DNA of 64,000 nt, taken from positions 42,203-106,202 of the IMG/VR virus record IMGVR_UViG_3300031841_005609. One strand, given 5' to 3'. This DNA is from a virus. A program made the position numbers and the translations under genes. This document shows, one piece after another, positions 60,365-64,000 of the stretch (its first letter is position 1; each line of letters begins with the position of its first letter). A model generated the notes under the pieces. It did no database searches, was not told the DNA's origin, and saw only the letters and a program-made list of their open reading frames with translations.

Positions 60365-61097
60365 AACTAAACTCGTAAACCATGTAGATCTTTATGGCGA
60401 TGAGATCGGATCTGTTGAGTACGTTCAACACATGGGAACTGATCTCACAATCGTGAACAGTGCGAGAGTTAGTTTTGGTAAAGAGAAAGAAATTCTCGAC
60501 GATCGCGATGAGAAGTTAATCAAGTACTTGGCGGAACACAAACACACATCAACGTTTGAACACAACGTGATCACCTTTAGATTTAAGGTACCGCTGTTTG
60601 TGCGATCTCAACATCACCGCCATCGAACTTGGTCATACAACGAGATCAGCCGAAGGTACACCGATGTGAACATAGAGTTCTACGAACCACACCAGTTTAG
60701 AACTCAACACAAATCGAATCGGCAAGCCAGTAACGAAGAGTACGTAAATCCGAATCTGAACACTTCGATCGTGGGTAAAACTACGGTTCCGGTTTCACCT
60801 AATCTGGCTGCCGATGCGGTTCGGTTTCACCACCAAAGAAGTTTGCGGTTGTTTGAACAGTTGATCGAGAACGGTGTGTGTAGAGAACAAGCACGAGGAG
60901 TTCTACCTCAGAACCTCTACACAGAGTACTACGGAACCACAAATCTTTCGAATCTCTTGAAGTTTATCGAACTGAGAGTTCACGAAGGCGCCCAGTGGGA
61001 GATCCAACAAGTTGCGATGGCTTGTTTAGAAATCGCAAAATCACGTTGGCCGATTGCGGTTCAAGCGTACCAGGATGCGTTGTTCGAACATAATTAA
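60357..61097 (+). CDS. thyX: Flavin-dependent thymidylate synthase
   Basis: ARVS, HTSTFEH, RHRTWSYNEISRRY, EQARGVLP, AQWEI. Confidence 0.95.
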   Translation: MIETKLVNHVDLYGDEIGSVEYVQHMGTDLTIVNSARVSFGKEKEILDDRDEKLIKYLAEHKHTSTFEHNVITFRFKVPLFVRSQHHRHRTWSYNEISRRYTDVNIEFYEPHQFRTQHKSNRQASNEEYVNPNLNTSIVGKTTVPVSPNLAADAVRFHHQRSLRLFEQLIENGVCREQARGVLPQNLYTEYYGTTNLSNLLKFIELRVHEGAQWEIQQVAMACLEIAKSRWPIAVQAYQDALFEHN

Positions 61098-61101
61098 GTT
61101 C

Positions 61102-61890
61102 ATGGAAAAGAAAGTTCAAGGTTACATCAAGCCCGATTCAGCGTTTAAAACCCTCGACCAGTGGGAAGAAATCGCGTACTACCTCTTGGATCTACAGGGA
61201 AGAGGTTTGGATACTCGGGGAGGTTCCATCGGATGTAAGGTCCAACCCTGTTCACAAGAAGATATCGATATTTTCCTCGCGATGGTGAAGGAAAACTTCA
61301 TGTATCTAGAAACTGATGTGGATCGATACGATCTCTTAACGATGAAGAACGTATTGGATTTCATCGAAGATTTCGTGAATCACAGGGTTTGGTCCTTCAG
61401 AAGAGAATACGGTTCGTACTTCCCGGCGATTTCAAAACTGAGGTTCGCGTTCTTTTATTCCCGCGGCGATATGGAACCTTACGTTCTTTTGGATGATGAA
61501 TTTACCACTCAGATCTACGGATCCACGTACAATCCGAAAACAGTTACACACTACACCTCAGAGGATGGATTACAGAGGTTGATCGATTCGATCGCATCAG
61601 GTCCTGAGTTTGATATCTCGGCGTTTACCACTATGGAACGGCCGTTTTTCCGTAAGGAATCCAATGTACTGGTAACTCTGATTGGAAACGTACGGGCGGG
61701 ATTCCGTAGTGATGTCAAATCTTACGCAACTGATACGGGCCGCCGCGCTTGTAACATGTACAGAATGGAATACCCAGGCGCGAAGATAAACCTCTGTTAT
61801 GATCTTTCAGATTGTGATGAACCCACCGAAACGAGTTTATGGAACGAGTACATCGTTACCCCCATCAAAATTTTGGCTGTTAAAAAATAG
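61102..61890 (+). CDS. Hypothetical protein, possible ADP-ribosyltransferase-like C-terminal domain
   Basis: VTHYTS..GL, DISAFT and WNEY spaced like the ART-fold H/S/E strands. Confidence 0.5.
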   Translation: MEKKVQGYIKPDSAFKTLDQWEEIAYYLLDLQGRGLDTRGGSIGCKVQPCSQEDIDIFLAMVKENFMYLETDVDRYDLLTMKNVLDFIEDFVNHRVWSFRREYGSYFPAISKLRFAFFYSRGDMEPYVLLDDEFTTQIYGSTYNPKTVTHYTSEDGLQRLIDSIASGPEFDISAFTTMERPFFRKESNVLVTLIGNVRAGFRSDVKSYATDTGRRACNMYRMEYPGAKINLCYDLSDCDEPTETSLWNEYIVTPIKILAVKK

Positions 61891-61892
61891 AA

Positions 61893-61920
61893 ATGTAAAT
61901 TCCATCTATTTTGATACAAT
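61893..61920 (+). promoter_or_regulatory. Sigma70-like promoter ATGTAA-16-TACAAT
   Basis: The ATG lies 7 nt downstream (61928), suggesting a leaderless mRNA. Confidence 0.5.
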
Positions 61921-61927
61921 CTTATAG

Positions 61928-62386
61928 ATGTATCGAGTAGAAAACAAATGGAAACCACCCCGATCTCCTATCGGCATGCTGCAAGAAGATATGTGGCCCG
62001 ATGAGTGGAAGATCCTTGTTGTGTGTTCACTTCACAACCAAACTTCACGCAAGCAAGTAGACAAGGTTTACGAAGAACTATTCGAAACATACCCAAATCC
62101 CACGGCGATGTCCGAAGCGGTTCATGAAGAACTAGTCCAGATCATTCGCCCACTGGGGTTCTATAATCGTAGGGCCCGCGCCCTCGTTCGCATGTCCAAA
62201 GATTTCCTGGAAAAAGATTGGAACCGCGCTTCCGAACTTTACGGGTGCGGAAAGTACGCGGATGATTGTTACCGAGTTTTTTGTACGGGTGAGTGGCAAT
62301 CTGTAGAACCAACAGATCACTCTCTCAATGATTACGTTGATTGGATGAGAAAGAATCACGATAAACAATGCAGGGAACTAAGATAG
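61928..62386 (+). CDS. HhH-GPD DNA glycosylase, MBD4-like
   Basis: WKPPRSP..LQE..W..L...NQT, PLG.Y..RA, ELYGCGKYADD.YR.FC..W..V.P.DH.L..Y..W matches the MBD4 catalytic domain pattern. Confidence 0.88.
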   Translation: MYRVENKWKPPRSPIGMLQEDMWPDEWKILVVCSLHNQTSRKQVDKVYEELFETYPNPTAMSEAVHEELVQIIRPLGFYNRRARALVRMSKDFLEKDWNRASELYGCGKYADDCYRVFCTGEWQSVEPTDHSLNDYVDWMRKNHDKQCRELR

Positions 62387-62395
62387 GACTAAAAC

Positions 62396-62512
62396 AGGAG
62401 TGAGGCGGTATTACGCAGGGTTCTACTGAGACGATATACGACCCGGTCCGAGGAATGAGAGTCTTACAAGGGAATACTCGGCCACTTGCAGGTGAGAACC
62501 CTGTCACTCCTT
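62396..62512 (+). ncRNA. tRNA-like RNA with expanded anticodon loop and long variable arm
   Basis: Acceptor AGGAGTG/CACTCCT; D-arm GCG/CGC; stem GGGTT/GACCC; arm CCGAG/CTCGG; T-arm GCAGG-TGAGAAC-CCTGT. Confidence 0.6.
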
Positions 62513-62574
62513 CTTTTTGGTATATTTGCATGCTGCGTTCGATATATTTATCTTTACGATCCGGAGGTTAAACG

Positions 62575-62880
62575 ATGAAAATCACAAAGCGACAACTTAG
62601 AAATATTATCAGAGAAGCAATGGACTACGATCCGCTTGGAGATGGTGGCGTTCCTCATGTCGGCGCTGGTCCCAAGTATGCCTTGGCCTTTGTCGATGCC
62701 GCATATGGTGACCGAAGAATGGAATTGGTCGTCAGAGAAGAGGATATGGAACTGGCTCGCGAGGTGATGAAAAAGATGCGAAAGCAAGGCCAGGTATCAG
62801 GTGTGCAACCGACTCGACAAAAGTTTGATCCACGTGATGTCACCACTAGAGAAGATTTGGAGAGAATGCTAAGAACATGA
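62575..62880 (+). CDS. Small protein with MKITKRQLRNIIRE N-terminal motif
   Basis: ATATTTAT at 62544; SD GGAGG. Confidence 0.8.
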   Translation: MKITKRQLRNIIREAMDYDPLGDGGVPHVGAGPKYALAFVDAAYGDRRMELVVREEDMELAREVMKKMRKQGQVSGVQPTRQKFDPRDVTTREDLERMLRT

Positions 62881-62942
62881 AAATCATGCGCTAAAGTACT
62901 CTCCCCCTTTTGTCAAATAAAACCCTTCAAAACACTTTTCTC

Positions 62943-62972
62943 TTGTAAATACATCTACTCCCGAAATATAAT
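62943..62972 (+). promoter_or_regulatory. Sigma70-like promoter TTGTAA-18-TATAAT
   Basis: Near-consensus hexamers with an AT-rich upstream region. Confidence 0.65.
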
Positions 62973-62979
62973 TTTATCA

Positions 62980-63096
62980 AATGAAGTTACCCCGATTGTA
63001 AGGATGAAGCGGGAGAGGGATAAACTCCATGATTGCTAATCTGCGGGTGGGGCTGGAAACAGTCAGTTAGGTGGTCTGGTTGCCTAACACCTTTTT
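62980..63096 (+). ncRNA. Candidate structured leader or small RNA
   Basis: GC-rich non-coding stretch with three helices, a GAAA tetraloop and a terminator-like end. Confidence 0.45.
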
Positions 63097-63109
63097 GGGA
63101 GAGAAGAAA

Positions 63110-63523
63110 ATGAGCGGAGTATTATCATGGCGGGAAAAACAAGCTAACGAAATTAAAGAACTCAAAAAGCAAGTAGAAGAACTCAAGAAAGAGAATACAG
63201 AACTACAACGAGAGGTGTCAGTCCATAATTTTCTTGATACTGGTGTTCCACAAGAGCGACTTGATTATCAGCGAGAGTTAAAAAAAGAAATCATTCGCTT
63301 GAAATCACTTAATCGCAGAGCAGCAGACGAGATTAGAGATTTAGACAACATTATTATTGATTTTGTTGAAGGTAATGCTTTTCCTCAGAAGAACGAAGAT
63401 GACCTATGGGCAGGCGAAGCGTCAATCAACCTCCTAAACCGACTTGACGGGCGAACCAAAGGTGGTTATGTTGAGAACTATGAAGACCTTCTTTCAGAAA
63501 TGAAGGCGATTGACGGAGGGTAA
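63110..63523 (+). CDS. Hypothetical coiled-coil protein
   Basis: SD GGGAG before ATG 63110. Confidence 0.75.
   Translation: MSGVLSWREKQANEIKELKKQVEELKKENTELQREVSVHNFLDTGVPQERLDYQRELKKEIIRLKSLNRRAADEIRDLDNIIIDFVEGNAFPQKNEDDLWAGEASINLLNRLDGRTKGGYVENYEDLLSEMKAIDGG
63491..63518 (+). repeat. 28-nt direct repeat, copy 1
   Basis: CTTTCAGAAATGAAGGCGATTGACGGAG; 1 mismatch to 63781-63808. Confidence 0.9.
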
Positions 63524-63524
63524 A

Positions 63525-63803
63525 ATGAAAATAAAAACCACACCAGAATATGGAGTATCCAGAACCAGAAAGAAATTTCTGTGGCTTCCCAAAAAATTCT
63601 ACATCATTGAAAAAAGAGAGACAGGAAACAAAGAGGGAGCAACTCACATTACAAAATGCTGGGGGAAGACTGAAACCCTTTGGCTTGAAACAATTGAGAT
63701 TGATGAAGAGTGGAAAGAGGGCGGGGCACCAGAGGGTGTTGATTATTGGCAAATGACAGATTATCGAAGGCTTAATTTCGCTTTCAGAAATGAAAGCGAT
63801 TGA
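63525..63803 (+). CDS. Small hypothetical protein flanked by direct repeats
   Basis: SD GGAGG; RKKFLWLPK...LWLE motif. Confidence 0.75.
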   Translation: MKIKTTPEYGVSRTRKKFLWLPKKFYIIEKRETGNKEGATHITKCWGKTETLWLETIEIDEEWKEGGAPEGVDYWQMTDYRRLNFAFRNESD

Positions 63804-63808
63804 CGGAG
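63781..63808 (+). repeat. 28-nt direct repeat, copy 2
   Basis: CTTTCAGAAATGAAAGCGATTGACGGAG. Confidence 0.9.
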
Positions 63809-63816
63809 AATAAAGA

Positions 63817-64000
63817 ATGAAACAATGTCAGTTCATAAGAACCAATAACGAAGTAGGCTCTATTTTTGTTCCTATGCCTAACTCTTGGGAACGGCATCAG
63901 TGGCTGAAAGGTTATTTTGGAAAAGAGTGTTCTGTTGCTGGAAAAGAGTTGTGGAGCATCCTCACCAATAAATACGAAGTTATGGTTCTTACTGAAGAGA
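63817..64000 (+). CDS. Hypothetical protein, 3'-truncated by the window end
   Basis: SD GGAG inside the repeat; MKQCQFIRTNNEVGSIFVPMP... stays open to the end of the window. Confidence 0.65.
   Translation, partial: MKQCQFIRTNNEVGSIFVPMPNSWERHQWLKGYFGKECSVAGKELWSILTNKYEVMVLTEE

Noticed and set aside
62396-62512. Calling this a canonical tRNA or tmRNA
   Set aside because: It has no 7-nt anticodon loop, U8 or TTC loop, and it is too short for tmRNA with no tag ORF.
62975-63096. SAM-I riboswitch
   Set aside because: The resemblance is partial; the P3 ligand-binding residues and the closing P1 strand were not found.
387-63756. Numerous minus-strand and alternate-frame ORFs in the track (e.g. 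31254-31847, 32555-33064, 39670-40182, 57943-58482)
   Set aside because: They lie inside well-supported + strand genes, lack SD sequences and recognisable motifs, and look like antisense shadows of codon bias.
1-64000. Stop-codon reassignment, introns, inteins, CRISPR arrays, integrase, transposase or reverse transcriptase
   Set aside because: Core genes are full length in the standard code with TAA, TAG and TGA all used as stops. Terminase, helicase, RecA and NrdA have normal lengths. No repeat-spacer pattern or relevant enzyme motifs were seen.

Overview
This window is a 64 kb segment of a large, lytic, T4-like contractile-tailed phage (jumbo/mega-phage type, Caudoviricetes). All convincing genes are on the + strand and read in the standard code. 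Gene order: baseplate/tail-tip structural genes; RuvC-like resolvase, primase and a fused Mre11-Rad50; terminase, portal, prohead protease, small head proteins and scaffold; TWO tandem major capsid genes; a PAS-domain protein plus a membrane coiled-coil protein; neck genes; two tail sheaths, tube, a frameshift-type assembly chaperone, tape measure and baseplate; a replication/recombination module (short PolA, gp32-like SSB, UvsX/RecA, 5'-3' exonuclease, helicase); dUTPase, NrdB/NrdA, ClpP, ThyX, an ART-like ORF and an MBD4-like glycosylase; a tRNA-like RNA; and the start of a small-gene region containing a repeat-flanked cassette. The most notable observations are: (i) capsid paralogues with near-identical cores, unrelated-looking central insertions, identical DNA tracts and separate expression signals; (ii) a non-canonical cloverleaf RNA at 62.4 kb; (iii) an abrupt ~6 kb AGCT-free block in an otherwise AGCT/CTAG-rich sequence; (iv) an ATAnTTA late-promoter motif linked to small proteins sharing an N-terminal helix; (v) a nested start inside the scaffold gene; (vi) a +1/-2 tail chaperone frameshift. 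All product calls come from motif recognition and synteny by eye; no database search was run.
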